The position numbers and the translations under genes are program-made. 64,000 bases of DNA from Octopus vulgaris (taxonomy: Eukaryota): positions 120,714,001 through 120,778,000 of the forward strand of contig OX597818.1 in the NCBI GenBank assembly GCA_951406725.2, read 5' to 3'. The stretch's first letter is position 1. Every line of letters starts with the position of its first letter. Of the stretch, positions 25,430-40,201 are shown piece after piece. The notes beneath the pieces were generated by a model. It had not been told where the DNA came from and did no database searches. It saw nothing but the letters and a program-made list of their open reading frames with translations.

Positions 25430-25878
25430 CTAAAAAACATTATGCAAATTGTCGTTAATTTAGTTAATGTTAATGAAATTAATTATGAACATAAAGGTAT
25501 TACTTGACAAAACATGCTGGGTCTTGAGTCGCTTTCGACTGTTAGCGCTGTAGTACATTATAAAGTATATTACGGACGCACATACGCGCTCGCACATACA
25601 CACATACACACATACACACATACACATATATGTTTATGTGTGTGTGTATGTATGCGTACCTATGTATTTATCTATTTGTCTGACTGTCTGTATATATATA
25701 TACATATATATATACATACATATATATATATATATAAATAATAATAATAATAATAAATATAATAATAATAACAACAACAACAATAACAGCAACAACAACA
25801 ACAACACCACCATCACCACCACCACCAACAACAACAACAACGACGATGACAACAACAACAACAACAACAATAATAATG

Positions 25879-25918
<40 letters not shown>

Positions 25919-26818
25919 ACAAAATATGGAACAAAGCCGTAATAGGCAACAAGAAAACATCCAGGCAGTTGATACAGAAAAGGACAGGCAAAAATAAGGA
26001 CGGGTTATTCGGAGATTTTTTATCATCAATCGAGTTCCAGATCATCGTTGCAGTTTCGCCGGTTACGCACAAGACTGCTCCAATCTGGCCAGTCCAAAGA
26101 AAATTCAAAGAAAAGAGCACTAGATCCTTTGAAAGAAAGCAAGCGAATGTATACGAAATCAAAGACGAAAAAATTGAGTAATGGTACATAATCACAAATA
26201 CAAACAACAGATCTCTTTCGACTGAGGACGAATTAAATTAAGCTGGCGTGTTACAACGGGAACATAGGAGATGAAAGTCATGGGAAGAAATATAAGAGGA
26301 TGCTACACGGATGGTAGTCGAATCAAGAAAGGGCAGTTTTGGAAGAACACTGATCACGTGGAAGGAGAGGAAAGAGGTAGGGGGCAGAGGGATTGAAGAA
26401 TTAGGGAGGGACGAGAAAGAGAGAAAAAGAAAGGAAAGGGACAGAGTGAGGTAAAGCAGGAGGAAAAGTGGTGAGAATGAAGCGAAAGCCAAGAAATGTG
26501 AGAGAGGGGAGCGAGGAAAAGAAAAGTGGAAAGAACGAAACAAGTGTGAAGAGGGCTAAAAGAAAGAGTAAAAGAGTTAAGCGTTGCCGAAAAGTAACGT
26601 TGTTTTTTTTTTTAAGCGATAGTGCGGCGTCATACCACAGATTGTTTACGAACCGAATAAAAAGTGTCCGAATAATCAGCATAAAGTAGTAAGCACATTA
26701 ATGTGGCTATATGATATGCGTGCATATGTTCTGTCGGATATTTTTTGGAAGACAAGGACTTTAGTGAGCTGCACATTCGGCATGGCATGCTTTACGAATC
26801 TCGTAAAGGCAACAGTGT

Positions 26819-27140
26819 GAAATCAAAGACGAAAAAATTGAGTAATGGTACATAATCACAAATACAAACAACAGATCTCTTTCGACTGAGGACGAATTAA
26901 ATTAAGCTGGCGTGTTACAACGGGAACATAGGAGATGAAAGTCATGGGAAGAAATATAAGAGGATGCTACACGGATGGTAGTCGAATCAAGAAAGGGCAG
27001 TTTTGGAAGAACACTGATCACGTGGAAGGAGAGGAAAGAGGTAGGGGGCAGAGGGATTGAAGAATTAGGGAGGGACGAGAAAGAGACCCCAAAACGATGA
27101 AAGGAAAGGGACAGAGTGAGGTAAAGCAGGAGGAAAAGTG
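26819..27140 (+). repeat. Local direct duplicate of 26155-26470
   Basis: gaaatcaaagacgaaaaaattgag...aggaaaagtg repeated at offset 664-670, with a short SINE-like patch at ~27087-27099. Confidence 0.85.
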
Positions 27141-28747
27141 TTTAGAAGAAATACCTATTTCTTTACTACCCACAAGGGGCTAAACATAGTATGGACAAAC
27201 AAGGACAGATAAACGGATTAAGTCGCTTATATCAACCCCAGTGCGTAATTGGTACTTATTTAATCGACCCCGAAAGGATGAAAGGCAAAGTCGACCTCGG
27301 CGGAATTTGAACTCAGAACGTAGTGACAGACGAAATACTGCTAAGCATTTCGTCCGGCGTGCTAACGTTTCTGCCAGCTCACCGTCTCCTCACGCGTCAA
27401 AGTATTGACTTTTCCCGGAGCTTTATTAATCCTCGGTCCACAGTGCAAAATTAGCTGAAATAGGTTGAGAAAGTCTATACAGAAGAGAAGTGGGTACCTC
27501 ATGTATCCTTCTTAGACTTTCACGTATTCAGATCATTCGAACATTCACAATTATGGGCGATACCAATATAGCATTATAAACATTTTTATTTTCTAAAGAA
27601 TCTTCATAGTTTCCCCCAGGAAAACTCGTTTCGTGGTGAGTTAATTGTTATTGCTAACAATGATGACTATCTCTTGAATGAAGAAATGTATTAACGATAC
27701 GTATTATACTTATTTGAAATGCATTATTTTTCGGTACCTCTAATACATACATAGATACATACATACATACATACATACATGCATGCATACATACATACAT
27801 ACATACATACATACATACATACATACATACATACATACATACATACATACATAATACATACATACACAAATACATACATACATACATATATATACATATA
27901 TATAAAATACAAAATGGGACAAAAAAGTATAACAAAACATCCAGATAGACGATACAAAGAAAACAAGGACAAGTCATTCGAAGTTTTCTTTCCTCAGTCG
28001 AGTTCCAGATTATCTTTGCAATTTCGGCTGGTTATACTCGAGATTGCTCCAATCTGGCCAACCCCAAGGAAAAACTAAGATAAGCGCGTTAGATTCCTTG
28101 GCAGAAAGCAGCAAATGTATACGAAAACAGGGACGGAAAAATAGGAGAATGTTATACAAATACAAATAACAGGACATGCATTCATACTTACATACACATA
28201 TACATGCATACATGCATACATATATACTTGCATGCATGCACGCACACACACACGCTTCAGTACTTTATTGTTTATCTATCTTGTATTATTTTACATGTGT
28301 ATATATTACCGAGGTACGCGTGCGTGCTCGTGTACGTGTATCTATTTATGTCCATTTTGTAAGTTTGTTACAGCAATTTATTGTCATACCTACTTAAGTG
28401 TATGTGTACCTATGTGTTCGTAACTAAATATCAAAATATCAAAATCTTTTCTTTAATATAGAAATTTTCATAGAAGACGTTCTGAAGAAGATTTATGAGG
28501 TTTTAATGACACTCAGCTCCGGTTACATGGTTTCTAGTAGTTGAAATTGTTGTAAGCTAATGAAGATGATTATGTAATTTATATTTTTTTCATTATTCAT
28601 TTATAATGTATGTATAAAGAGTAAAGACCCCTTTGGTCATGAATGACCATGGAATTGTATCGAGAAAGTTAACCGGGCAAGGTTATTTATGAATTATTTA
28701 CATTATTTACATTTGATGGATATTTGTCCTCATCTGGTTTGTTGTTA

Positions 28748-28791
28748 ACACAACGTTTTGGCTGATACACCCTCCAGCCTTCTTCAGGTGT
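28748..28791 (-). ncRNA. Minimal hammerhead with core mutation (G12->A)
   Basis: Reverse complement: ACAC-CTGAAGA-A-GGCTG-gagggtgtat-CAGCC-aAAAC-GTT-GTGT; stems I and II pair perfectly but GAAA reads AAAA. Confidence 0.65.
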
Positions 28792-28884
28792 CTTGGGGAA
28801 ATTTCGAATCTGGGTTCTCATTCCTAAGATATTTTTCGATATTATTGTTATTATCATCATCATTATTATTATTATTATTATTAA

Positions 28885-28952
<68 letters not shown>

Positions 28953-29056
28953 TCACTGCCTGGAATCGATCTCAGAATCTTGGGAGTCGTAGCCCCGCAC
29001 TATTAACCACAAGATTCTGAGTTCGATTCTAAGCAGTTACCTGAATAATAATGATG

Positions 29057-29205
<149 letters not shown>

Positions 29206-29220
29206 GTAGTAATAATAATG

Positions 29221-29282
<62 letters not shown>

Positions 29283-29376
29283 CCATCAGAGCATCACAAC
29301 AAATCACAGCACATACCCAAGGCACACAGAGCTGCGCTCGGTAGTGAAGTGAAAGCACGGTATAAAAATAAATCTA

Positions 29377-29462
<86 letters not shown>

Positions 29463-29545
29463 TGATGATGATGAGGATAATGATAATAACAATAATATCG
29501 AAAAATACCTTAGGAATGAGAATCCAGGTTCGAAATTTTCCCAAG

Positions 29546-29589
29546 AAACCTGATGAAGAGTGGAGGGTATATCAGCCGAAACGTTGTTA
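29546..29589 (+). ncRNA. Minimal hammerhead, core intact, stems eroded
   Basis: aaac-CTGATGA-agagtg-gagggtatat-cagcc-GAAAC-GTT-gtta. Confidence 0.55.
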
Positions 29590-30049
29590 ACGACAGACAA
29601 GATGAGGACAAATATCCGTCAAATGTAAATAATGTACAGAATTCCTGATCTCTTAAATATAGAATTGTTTATGGATGACCAGCATTCCTCCATGCAAATC
29701 AGCCTCCCCTCTCCACGCCACCAATGTCATACGCCGATACATCTTGACACCAGTGACGTCGCATCTCATTTCTACAGCTGTGTGAAATGGAGCAGCCTGA
29801 AAAAATATCTTGCTCAGGAACACAACAGACAGCCTTTTTCGGGAATGGAAATCACTATCTCGTGATTGAAAGCCCGACTCTCTAGCTCAGCGCACTCTCT
29901 CATGCTTGTAAGCCATGCGCATGTATACTCATACATATGTAAGTATAAATTTTATGTTTCATCATAACTTATAGCCATTAATGTATGTAAGATATTTATG
30001 AAACAACATACAGTATGTCTAATATAAAAATGTAATCATTACAACTTAC

Positions 30050-30119
30050 CTGCTAACACTTTCAATATATTCTGAATGTTCGTTGCCTTGTGCGTTCACA
30101 CATTTACCCATGGCAGTTT
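30050..30119 (-). CDS. CYP4: CYP4 gene B exon 5
   Basis: (E)TAMGKCVNAQGNEHSEYIESVS(R); 70 nt; ccag|...|gtaagt. Confidence 0.95.
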
Positions 30120-31041
30120 CTGGAGTAATATATAATTTACTTGTGAAATCAATGGCAAACAGCATAAGTTTTATAAAATAGCAAGAGAAGACAACTAAAA
30201 ATACACTGGGAAGTCTTTTCTCAGGAGACCAATGTCTCACTCTTCGCTGCACTTATTTTTAACTCTGTCTTGCAGCTCTCGGCAGCGTCCAACCTATTTA
30301 GTGCATGATGAAAATCACCTTCAGACGAGCCAAGTAGCACCATATCGTCTGCAAATATCAACTGACCGATCCAACATCCACTAATTGATACATCTTCAAT
30401 AACGCCTGCATATGTGTATTCCCTTCATCAAAGTATTATGTAATGAGTGAAAGAGTACGGTTGCTTCTTCTCCCGTTTCTTAAGTAATTTCTTACTTAAT
30501 GTTAATGTTTTCTATCAGAAAGCAACATATTTTATTGGTCAACGTTTACGTCTTGTGTAATTAAACTTGTTTCCCGTGCTTTGTTTATTATTTTGTACTG
30601 CTGCAATAACCTGACTTCCTCAGTGGAGCTTATTTCTCTAGAGGGAAGAGATCTTTGTGTGAATAGGAGTATATTCGACATGTGCAAAGCTGACAAACTT
30701 CATTTCTATCCTAGTATGGGACAGGTGTTCAGAGTGTCTCCAAGAAAATATTCAGAGAGAAATATATCTGGAGGGCGAAACAACGACTGACCATGGTAAA
30801 CAAATAATAATCTTTTCTAATCTAGGCACAAGGTCCGAAATTTTTTGGAAGGGGGCCAGTCGATTAGATCGACACCAATACGTAAATGGTACTTAATTTC
30901 TCGACTCCGAAAGGATGAAAGGCAAAGTCGACCTCGGTGGAATTTGAACTCAGAACGTAACGGCAAACGAAATACCGCTCAGCATTTCGCCCGGCGTGCT
31001 AACGATTCTGTCAGCTCACCGCCCTAATGGTAATAATAATG

Positions 31042-31107
<66 letters not shown>

Positions 31108-31216
31108 GTAATATTCATGCGGATGAGGAGGAGAATGATGATGATGATTGTGATAGTGATGTTAAATATAAGGTGAACATAAGGCAGAGTGGCAGCATAT
31201 AATGATATAACTTTAC

Positions 31217-31407
31217 CTGTTATAGTATCCAAAGCAAAATTTGTAATATACGGGCGAATATTGAATTCTCCCTTACCGACCATTTTGTCTAGTTTCTTAC
31301 ACAGTATATTTGATTGGTTCTGCATTACAGTAAGGAAATTGTTCAAAATGTTATAATGGAAGGATGGCGTCAACATCTTCCTCGATTTGAACCATTTTGA
31401 TCCTGAA
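31217..31407 (-). CDS. CYP4: CYP4 gene B exon 4 (C-helix WxxxR)
   Basis: SGSKWFKSRKMLTPSFHYNIL...FALDTIT; 191 nt. Confidence 0.96.
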
Positions 31408-32973
31408 CTGAAAATAGCAATCAAAGAATAACATTTGAATATTTCATAAATTTTAAGGAAGTTTTCTAAATAGTTATTTTTTCGAGAAATAAAATAACAG
31501 CAACTGGAAAATGAAAATCATAAGTAGCAGCTACTTTTGTTCTATTGATGTTCTCGTTTTTGTTAGTTCCCCCTTGCCAGCTCTGATTAAGTAGATTCAT
31601 GGCCAAAGGCATTCAAGCGTTGATCAAACAATTTGGTTTTAAGGACTCCTAACTTCCAGCTCGCATCTTTAACCTTTTACATGTTTCGGTCATGAGACTG
31701 CGGTCATGCTGGAGCACTGCTTTGTAGAATCTTTAGTCTTAATTCTTATCCCGTCTTACTTTTTTCCCTTGAGCCACGGGAGGGTGAAGATCCTCTGAGG
31801 GCGTTCATATGTGGAAAAAGCAGTACAGTATGTTTTTCTCTGTCGGCTTCCTTTTACTAACCAAATCAATGTGATTTAGTCCAATTCTGTAAATATAAAG
31901 AGGGAATTTTGTGTTGACATTTAGAGGTGAACCGTTGATATTTAGAGTTCAACTGGTGATCTGAAGTGTTAGCTTTTGTTAGTTGCATTGCTTTGTGAAT
32001 TTCCAATTGTATTATATAATGCTGAACAGACATATCAATGTAAATATATACGCATAATTTCTCGCTTACTGACATTAATACGGCATGAAGACGGTTACGA
32101 AACGGTTGTGATCATGTGGAAGTCATAGTTAGATAAATGTATTTTCTCTTCTCACATCTCCAAATGTGTGTATGTATACTCTTCACTCTTTTACTTGTTT
32201 CAGTCATTTCACTGCGGCCATGCTGGAGCACCGCCTTTAGTCGAAAGCAAATCGACCCCCAGGACTTATTCTTTGTAAGCCTAGTACTTATTCTATCGGT
32301 CTCTTTTGCCAAATCGCTAAGTTACGGGGACGTAAACGCACCATCATCGGTTGTCAAGCGATGTTGGGGGGTCAAACAGACACACAAACACACAAACACA
32401 CAAACACACACACACATATATATATATATATACATATATTCGACGGGCTTCTTTCAGTTTCCGTCTACCAAATCCACTCACAAGGCTTTGGTCGGCCCGA
32501 GGCTATAGTAGAAGACACTTGCCCAAGGTGCCATGCAGTGGGATTGAACCCGGAACCATGTGGTTTGTAAGCAAGCTACTTACCACACAGCCACTCCTGC
32601 GCCTATATTATTTATATTCTGTGTAAGTCGGACTTTAGATATGCATACACATACACATTTTTTGTATTAAATGAATTAAATGTATTTAATATTTTACGTA
32701 TATCGACTTGCCTAACTTGCTTCTCCTTACATTTACTGCTTTGTTTGTATGTATTTATGTATGTATGTATGTGTTTGAGTTTGTTCCCTCATCACTTGAC
32801 AACCGGTGTTGGTTTGTTTACGTGTCTGTGATTTAGAGGGTTGGCAGAAGAGATCGGTATAATAAGTACTCGGCTGACAAACATAAGTTCTGAAGTCAAA
32901 TTGTTCGATTAAACCCTTCAAGATGGTACCCTGGCAGGACCATAGTCAAATAAGTAAAAATAAAAATACGTAC

Positions 32974-33059
32974 CTTGTGAGCAGACCATTTCCTAGCCAA
33001 GGTTCTAACAATTTATAGAAAAAACTTTTTTCTATATGTTTCGTATTACCGATCACATC
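32974..33059 (-). CDS. CYP4: CYP4 gene B exon 3
   Basis: DVIGNTKHIEKSFFYKLLEPWLGNGLLT(S); 86 nt; ttcag|...|gtacgt. Confidence 0.96.
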
Positions 33060-33136
33060 CTGAAATCAAAACCACAATCTTACAATCATGACTGTAACCC
33101 CCCTTAACCAATAAGGCACACACTCCCACTATAATG

Positions 33137-33207
<71 letters not shown>

Positions 33208-33212
<5 letters not shown>

Positions 33213-33423
33213 TAATATTCAGACAAATACATAACAAAAACACCAGGACTTACAAACACATATAACATACAGAAAATTGCACTACTAGGCACCGCACACA
33301 TCCTACGCAGAACACTTTCCATACAATAACCATCAGAGCATCACAACAAATCACAGCACATACCCAAGGCACACAGAGCTGCGCTCAGTAGTGAAGTGAA
33401 AGCACGCTATAAAAATAAAACTA

Positions 33424-33458
<35 letters not shown>

Positions 33459-34027
33459 TAATAATAATAATAATATGATAAGTTGGAACTACATACATTG
33501 GAAGCTAAACATTATGGAATAACAACAGAAAAAAGATGGTATAGGCACACACCAGAAAAGGTACAGAAAACGAGAAAGCAACCATACTCTGGGATATGCC
33601 GATACACACAGATAGAGAAATTAAGGCCAACAGACCAGATATAGTTGTCAGAGACCATGAAGAAAAAAATGCTTTCTAATTGATGTATCAGTACCGGCAG
33701 ATGACAACGTGTCTCTAAAAGAAATGGAGAAACTCTCAAAATACAAAGACCTGGAAATAGAGGTAACTAGAATGTGGAATCTGAAAACAGAAACAATTCC
33801 TATCATAGTAGGTGCATTAGGCATGATAAAAAAATATTCAGACAAATACATAACAAAACACCAGGACTAACAAACACATATATTGCAATAACTACATATC
33901 CTACGCAGAACACTTTCCATACAATAACCATCAGAGCATCACAACAAATCACAGCACATACCCAAGGCACACAGAGCTGTGCTCGGTAGTGAAGTGAAAG
34001 CACGCTATAAAAATAAAAATAAAACTA

Positions 34028-34030
<3 letters not shown>
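33208..34030 (+). mobile_element. Two tandem 5'-truncated R4/Dong-like RLE retrotransposon 3' ends in an (AAT)n array (third, shorter copy at 29281-29380)
   Basis: ILWDMPIHTDREIKANRPDIVVRD/CFLIDVSVP...EKLSKYKDL...IPIIVGALG and IQKIALLGTAHILRR (PD..D..K restriction-like endonuclease); the same 3' UTR ends ctactg(aat)n in all copies. Confidence 0.85.
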
Positions 34031-34065
<35 letters not shown>

Positions 34066-34115
34066 TAATAATAATGATGATAATAATAATAATAATAATA
34101 ATAATGATAATAATG

Positions 34116-34188
<73 letters not shown>

Positions 34189-35182
34189 GAATAATAATCC
34201 TTTTTACTATAGGCACAAGGTCTGAAATTAGATCGAATCCCAGTACGCAACAGGTACTTAATTTATCAACCCCAAAATGATGAAAGACAAAGTTGACCTC
34301 GGTGGAATTTGAACTCAAAATAATTGCTAGGGCATAACAGACGCGACCTAGTGGTGTTGGACAAGGTGCACAACATATGCTATGTAGTTGATGTTGTATG
34401 CCCCCTTTGACCCACGAATAGTAAAGAAGGAAGGCGAAAAGTGATAGATACAACCCTCTTAAGTAGGAAAACAACCTCCTAGGAACTTAGGTGCCTGGAA
34501 TGGAGTTCACTCTGTTGCAAGCATTCGAACTGGTTTTTCAGCTTGAGAATATTTTAATTCCCCACCAAATCGCTTTCGTTGACTCAGCAAAGGCTCATTG
34601 GCACTGCCTTTCCCGCTCAAGTATAATGCAGAAAAAGACTCCAAATTTTTTTTGAGTTTACTCAGAGATTGTTCTGTCACTACCTCAAAATGTATCCGGA
34701 AAGCTATACTTCATTAAAGAGCACTGATAAAATAGGTGCACACTCAGATTTCTGTCCTGCACTTGTGGAAAAAAGAAGTTAATGACTAATATTTATCATA
34801 TTATTTTATTCAGCATTATAATAATTTATTGTTATTTAGCTTTTTGAAATCTGCTGCACTCAAAATGCTAACAGGGATTTTATGTATAGCTTTTGTTGGT
34901 GTTCAGTCCACCATGCCGGCACTGATTAAGCAGATCCGTGAACAATGATGTAACCATATTACGTTATCTAATGTAGATTGTTAGAACTTGCTAAGGACGT
35001 GGTCTGAGTGAGCTTTGTCTGCTATTTCTAGCTGGCCGAGTGGCTATATAGATCCTTCGTTGGCTCAACTATTCATTTAAGCAGATGATGTTTAACAGAA
35101 TTTTCCTGGCTAATATCAACTAAGTGAACATGAGCAATCATTTCCCTCCAATGATAACAGCATTAATTATAAAACCACTTAC

Positions 35183-35295
35183 ATGTACATATTTATCTTT
35201 GAAGACAAGAATGACTGGCTGGAAACAAAACCAGAGGCACAATAGACCATGTTCCCGATATTCTTCTGCGGATTGCATGATACACCTATAAAAGG
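35183..35295 (-). CDS. CYP4: CYP4 gene B exon 2
   Basis: (A)FYRCIMQSAEEYREHGLLCLWFCFQPVILVFKDKYVH; 113 nt; ttcag|...|gtaagt. Confidence 0.93.
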
Positions 35296-36419
35296 CTGAA
35301 ACAGATTGGTTAAAAAGAAGAAAAAGTTCGCTATGAAAATGTAAAACTGGTGAAAAATTAAACTTTAAACTTTAATCCAACTAAATTTCTTGTGGTTAAG
35401 GAGTTGCGTCCAGGAGTGAAACATTTTGTGTAGCGAAAGACGAGTACGTTGAGTAGGCTTTGTGGGATGGGTGGGCAGATGCAACAAGAAGCTGAGGCCA
35501 TTGAAGTAGCATAAATCTAGGCAGATCGAAGAGACAAAAAGTGTATGAATTAGATGTAGATTGTTAATGAGTCACAGTCAGAATATAAGTCTCTTTTGTA
35601 TGATTGTTTGTATAGCAATAGCGCTGTCCCAGATAAGAGAATAAAAAAAAAGGTATTCTGTAAAAGGTCAACAACAAGAAAAACTGAATTAATGTATATT
35701 TGTGTGTCCCAGAAAACGTTTACTTTTATTGATAAGAACAAGGTTAAGTGGAAACTGATGACAAAAAAGGAGGAGGGAGATAAACTAATATTTATTTGAA
35801 ATTTTGGCTCAAGGCCCGCAAAGATAAACTTATATTGTGAGATAGGTACACCAATATTTACTTTGTTGAATGATAGCCTCACCAGTCTGTAACCCCCGCA
35901 ACGTGACATCTAGTAATATGTCTATTAAATTACATGCTACCTACAAAAAACACTGAATAGTGGTTTTACTAACTTATATACAACCTGTAAAATATTGAGT
36001 GTAATTTGTGACAGTTTCCATACAAACCACGGGTATTATATAGAATTACAGAACCATTACATCGCATAAATTGATATATTACCTACAAAATACGTTAATG
36101 CAATATTTTGGAAACTGTCTAAGGATTTATGAAGGAAATACGGTAACTGCATAAATCATATTTGAATTTATAATTGATTTATCGATTTCTAGCATTGTTA
36201 CTAGATAATGGGTATGTAAGATGAGCAACGAAAATATTTCTCAGTTTGTATACAGCCATCATGAAAGAGGAAAAGACGCATTGGACAATGCATTCCGAAG
36301 CATATAAAAGAGGTGGAATAGTCTCTCTTTTTATCATAGCTTATATCCACCGAGGTTGAGCGCGGGCTATATATCAACACCATGAACAACAACTACAGAT
36401 ATCACACCAGTAAGAAATC

Positions 36420-36900
36420 GTGTGCGTGGACGCTTGACCCTTAAAAATTGAATTTCTATAATTACTCGTACCAACATAGCACTGTCAAATTCTCAATATT
36501 GAGAAGATGGACAAATTTATACTAATTCTAAAGGTCAACAAAAACCCAAATGAAATAAGATCATACAAATCTATAATCCTTATCTTCACTCACTCAAAAA
36601 ATCCTAGAAATTTGGGTCCTTTGCGTTATTAATGAAACGCCTCCGTTTCCAAATTAGACATATGGATTCAGTTAACTATATTCAACCACCTTATTACTAA
36701 TGAATCAAAAACAAAAATTACATAAGCCACCAGTAACAATAAACCATCCACAGATAACATTCTAGCTACCGTCGATTTCAGCAAAATAATTCCATTCCCA
36801 GCTATACACTCATACAAGCATACTCAAAGCAATCTTAAGAAGCGACACAAAATGCTGGGTAAAAAACAATCTGTTAAGAACAGCTTCCAAGCTTATTTAA
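36420..36900 (+). mobile_element. Heavily decayed LINE reverse transcriptase fragment
   Basis: Residual motifs NPNEIRSYKSII...KILE and TVDFSK across stops and frameshifts. Confidence 0.4.
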
Positions 36901-37559
36901 TGTGCAAGAACACTACTTCCAAACTTGCAATTTTCCGAATAGAGTACTCCAGAAACCTGTCTCACCCATCGAAGTTTTTCAAATTATATATGCACAGAGT
37001 GGCTGTGTGGTAAGTAGCTTGCTAACAAACTACATGGTTCCGGGTTCATTCCCACTGCGTGGCACCTTGGGCAAGTGTCTTCTACTATAGCCTCGGGCCG
37101 CCCAAGGCCTTGTGAGTGGATTTGGTTGACGGAAACTGAAAGAAGCCCATCGTATATATGTTTATATATAAAAACCAGCTTAGAGAAGAAGAAGAGACGA
37201 AACGAAACCAACGAAACCTCTGCAAAGGAATTTTATTTAATTCTTTCGCAGGAAGGATTAGTTCGACGAGACGTGTTCTGTCCTCACCTTTGAAACACGC
37301 TGGAGTTGAACTAGTGACAGCTGATGAAGGAGATTTTTCCTTGTGTAGCTGTCTTGTACTCTGTTTTTTCGTTGTTAAAAAATTGGTCCGTTCCATGCTG
37401 TTTTTACGTTTTCGTTTCTCGTTGAGTTCTACATCTATTTGTGGTGTCCTGTACACACGTATATATATTTATATATGAATGTATATATATACATGTAGAT
37501 GTAGGTACGTACATATATGTTTGTATGTATGCATATATTTTATTTATTACACTATTATT

Positions 37560-37608
<49 letters not shown>

Positions 37609-38960
37609 ATGTTTGTGTGTGTGTGTTTGTACCCCTAGTATCGCTTGACAACCGATGCTGGTGTGTTTACATCCCCGTAACTTAGCGGTTTGGCAAAAGA
37701 GACCGATAGAATAAGTACTAGGCTTACAAAGAATAAGTCCTGGGGTCGATCTGCTCGACTAAAAGGCGGTGCTCCAGCATGGCCACAAAGAGTAAAAGAG
37801 TAATGTTTCGACACCTCCACAAAACACACATACAACATCATATCCAGATAACATCTCACATATCCACATCCTCTGGACAAATGTCTCCCAATCACTTCAA
37901 TACAACATAAATCCCATTACAATGCTAGTGCCGCAGTAGCACCAGAGAGCATAAAATACAATCAACAATCAGTGCAGCAACATAAACATATCACAGAGAA
38001 AAGAAAAATATTAGTTGTTACATAGAACTCTTCTAGAGCGTAGAAAGACGCATAGATAGCAATATTATGGAAGCAAAACGATGGGTAGCATATACTTAGA
38101 GCAATTATAGGCATGGCGTTTGAGCAACAGAAAAGAACAATGTCCACGAGGCACAAAGTGTCTGAACAAACATTCTGAGACCCCAATCTTTCTGCAAGAA
38201 ACTGCAATAATGTATAAAATATATAAAATAGTGTACTACGTAAGAAACAATTTGAGCATCGATCACACCTATAGACCACCTACAAGAGAAATGAAGATGC
38301 TAGAAGTGAAAATATCTATTTAGACATGTGGAATTCTGTTTCCTGACTGGGTGAAAATGATCAAAATTTAAACCTCTATAAATTTTTACAAAAAAATTTT
38401 TGTGAAAAATGAAAGATCAGGAAGAAATGGGGTTACGCATTTTCTCCAGTGTAGTAGTGATTCTGTCAGCTCGCCACCTCATGGTCAGAAATAATCTTAT
38501 GTAGAACAGAATTTAATTCTTTGTAATTAATAATAAACAAACTTGTATCAGAGTATCACCCAAGAGAGTCATTGAATAAGGTTTGATTCCGATTTATGCC
38601 CTCTCTACAGCCCTTACATCACCTGAAAATGAAGAAGCCTCTACTAAAAAGACCTGCTAAAAATGGTAGCCAAATCACCACCCAGTTATACTTTACTACC
38701 TTTAAAATTGGAAAAAGCAGAGAGAATATTGCAATCCTAGATTTGCAATACCTGAGAGAAGGATGGAATATTCTTTGATGATAGGCCTACTCAATCAGCA
38801 CTGATTCTGGTGGGGTGGTTGAGTCAATTGTCAACAACATCAGCACACCCATCAACAACATCAACAAGAACAAAAATACACTTCCCGAAGATAGGAGATT
38901 TAGCTCATGCACATTTGACATTGCGTACACATTCAATGGGTTAAAATGAAGAAAACCAAC

Positions 38961-39120
38961 CTTTGTTATTTCCGATCAGTTTTGGTACATCACCGATTAT
39001 ATGCCAACTCTTCATGCTTGGTAGGTGTCTGCAATCCGACAGTAATTTCAAATATTTTCGTAGAAGATTTAGAAAACATCCGAGAACTATAAAGGTTACT
39101 AATAGGCCAGCGAACAACAT
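38961..39120 (-). CDS. CYP4: CYP4 gene B exon 1 (signal anchor and proline hinge)
   Basis: MLFAGLLVTFIVLGCFLNLLRKY...LPSMKSWHIIGDVPKLIGNNK; 160 nt; the 12 exons sum to 1491 nt (496 aa + stop) in frame. Confidence 0.93.
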
Positions 39121-39403
39121 GTTAGCAACTTGTCTCACTATTAACTGAAGTGACAATAAGAATGTGGTCAAAACCCGAATATGTCCCCCAGAAATTTAGG
39201 CAATGGAATATTATATGAAGTAGAACAGATCCCCCTGTTTCAGCCTCTTCTCTTCATAAACAAATGCGTGGCAGATATTGCTATTTCTGTCACTGCTGAC
39301 TTTATTGTCAGCTTTTAGCCTCGATATCAGTTAAATAAATATCCTGCTAAATTTAAACACATTTTTAGTTCTTATTCTCACGCACTTTGCTTGCATGTAT
39401 GTA

Positions 39404-39436
<33 letters not shown>

Positions 39437-40134
39437 TGTATGTATGTATGTATGTATGTATGTGTGCGTATGTATATATGGTATGTACATGTATGGATGT
39501 GTGTTAATGTATAAACATGGTACATGTCTATGGATGTGTGCATGTGTATTATGCGTGATCATCTTTGTATGTCTGTGTGTGGGGGAATGTCGAGTTCATT
39601 CACACGAAAATCTGGTACAAGAAAAAAGAAAAGATACTAAAACTTGTCTGCAATTTGAGGCAATATTGATATTTTTTAAAGAATTGCAATCATTTGTATA
39701 AGAATGAAATGCTGAAATATTTAAAATTATATCTGACATTATCAAGTTTAAAAAAAATATAATTGATACTTCAAATATTGGCACAAGGCCAGCAATTTTG
39801 ACGGGGGTGGCGAAAGAAAAAATCGATTTCTTCGACCGTCAGTCCTGAATTAGTAATAAAAAATTTCGATCCTGACAGGGTGGAAGGCAAAGTCAACCCT
39901 GGCGGAATTTGAACTCAGAACGTACGGCCAGACGTAATGCCACTAAGCATTTTGGATGATATGTTAACACTTCTGTCAGCTCACCACCCTATATACATTA
40001 AATATTGAAAGTACTTTATAATCACAGAAGTCGAAAGTTATGGTTCTTATAGCGTAAGCCAATGTCTGTCTTTGTTTCAGATTAAGAGAGAAAGATTTCG
40101 AAAAATATATAGAAGGAAATGGAGGTGTATATAC

Positions 40135-40201
<67 letters not shown>

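Noticed and set aside
37280-37355. GAAAC...CTGATGA as a type II hammerhead
   Set aside because: Stems I-III cannot be paired convincingly around the core
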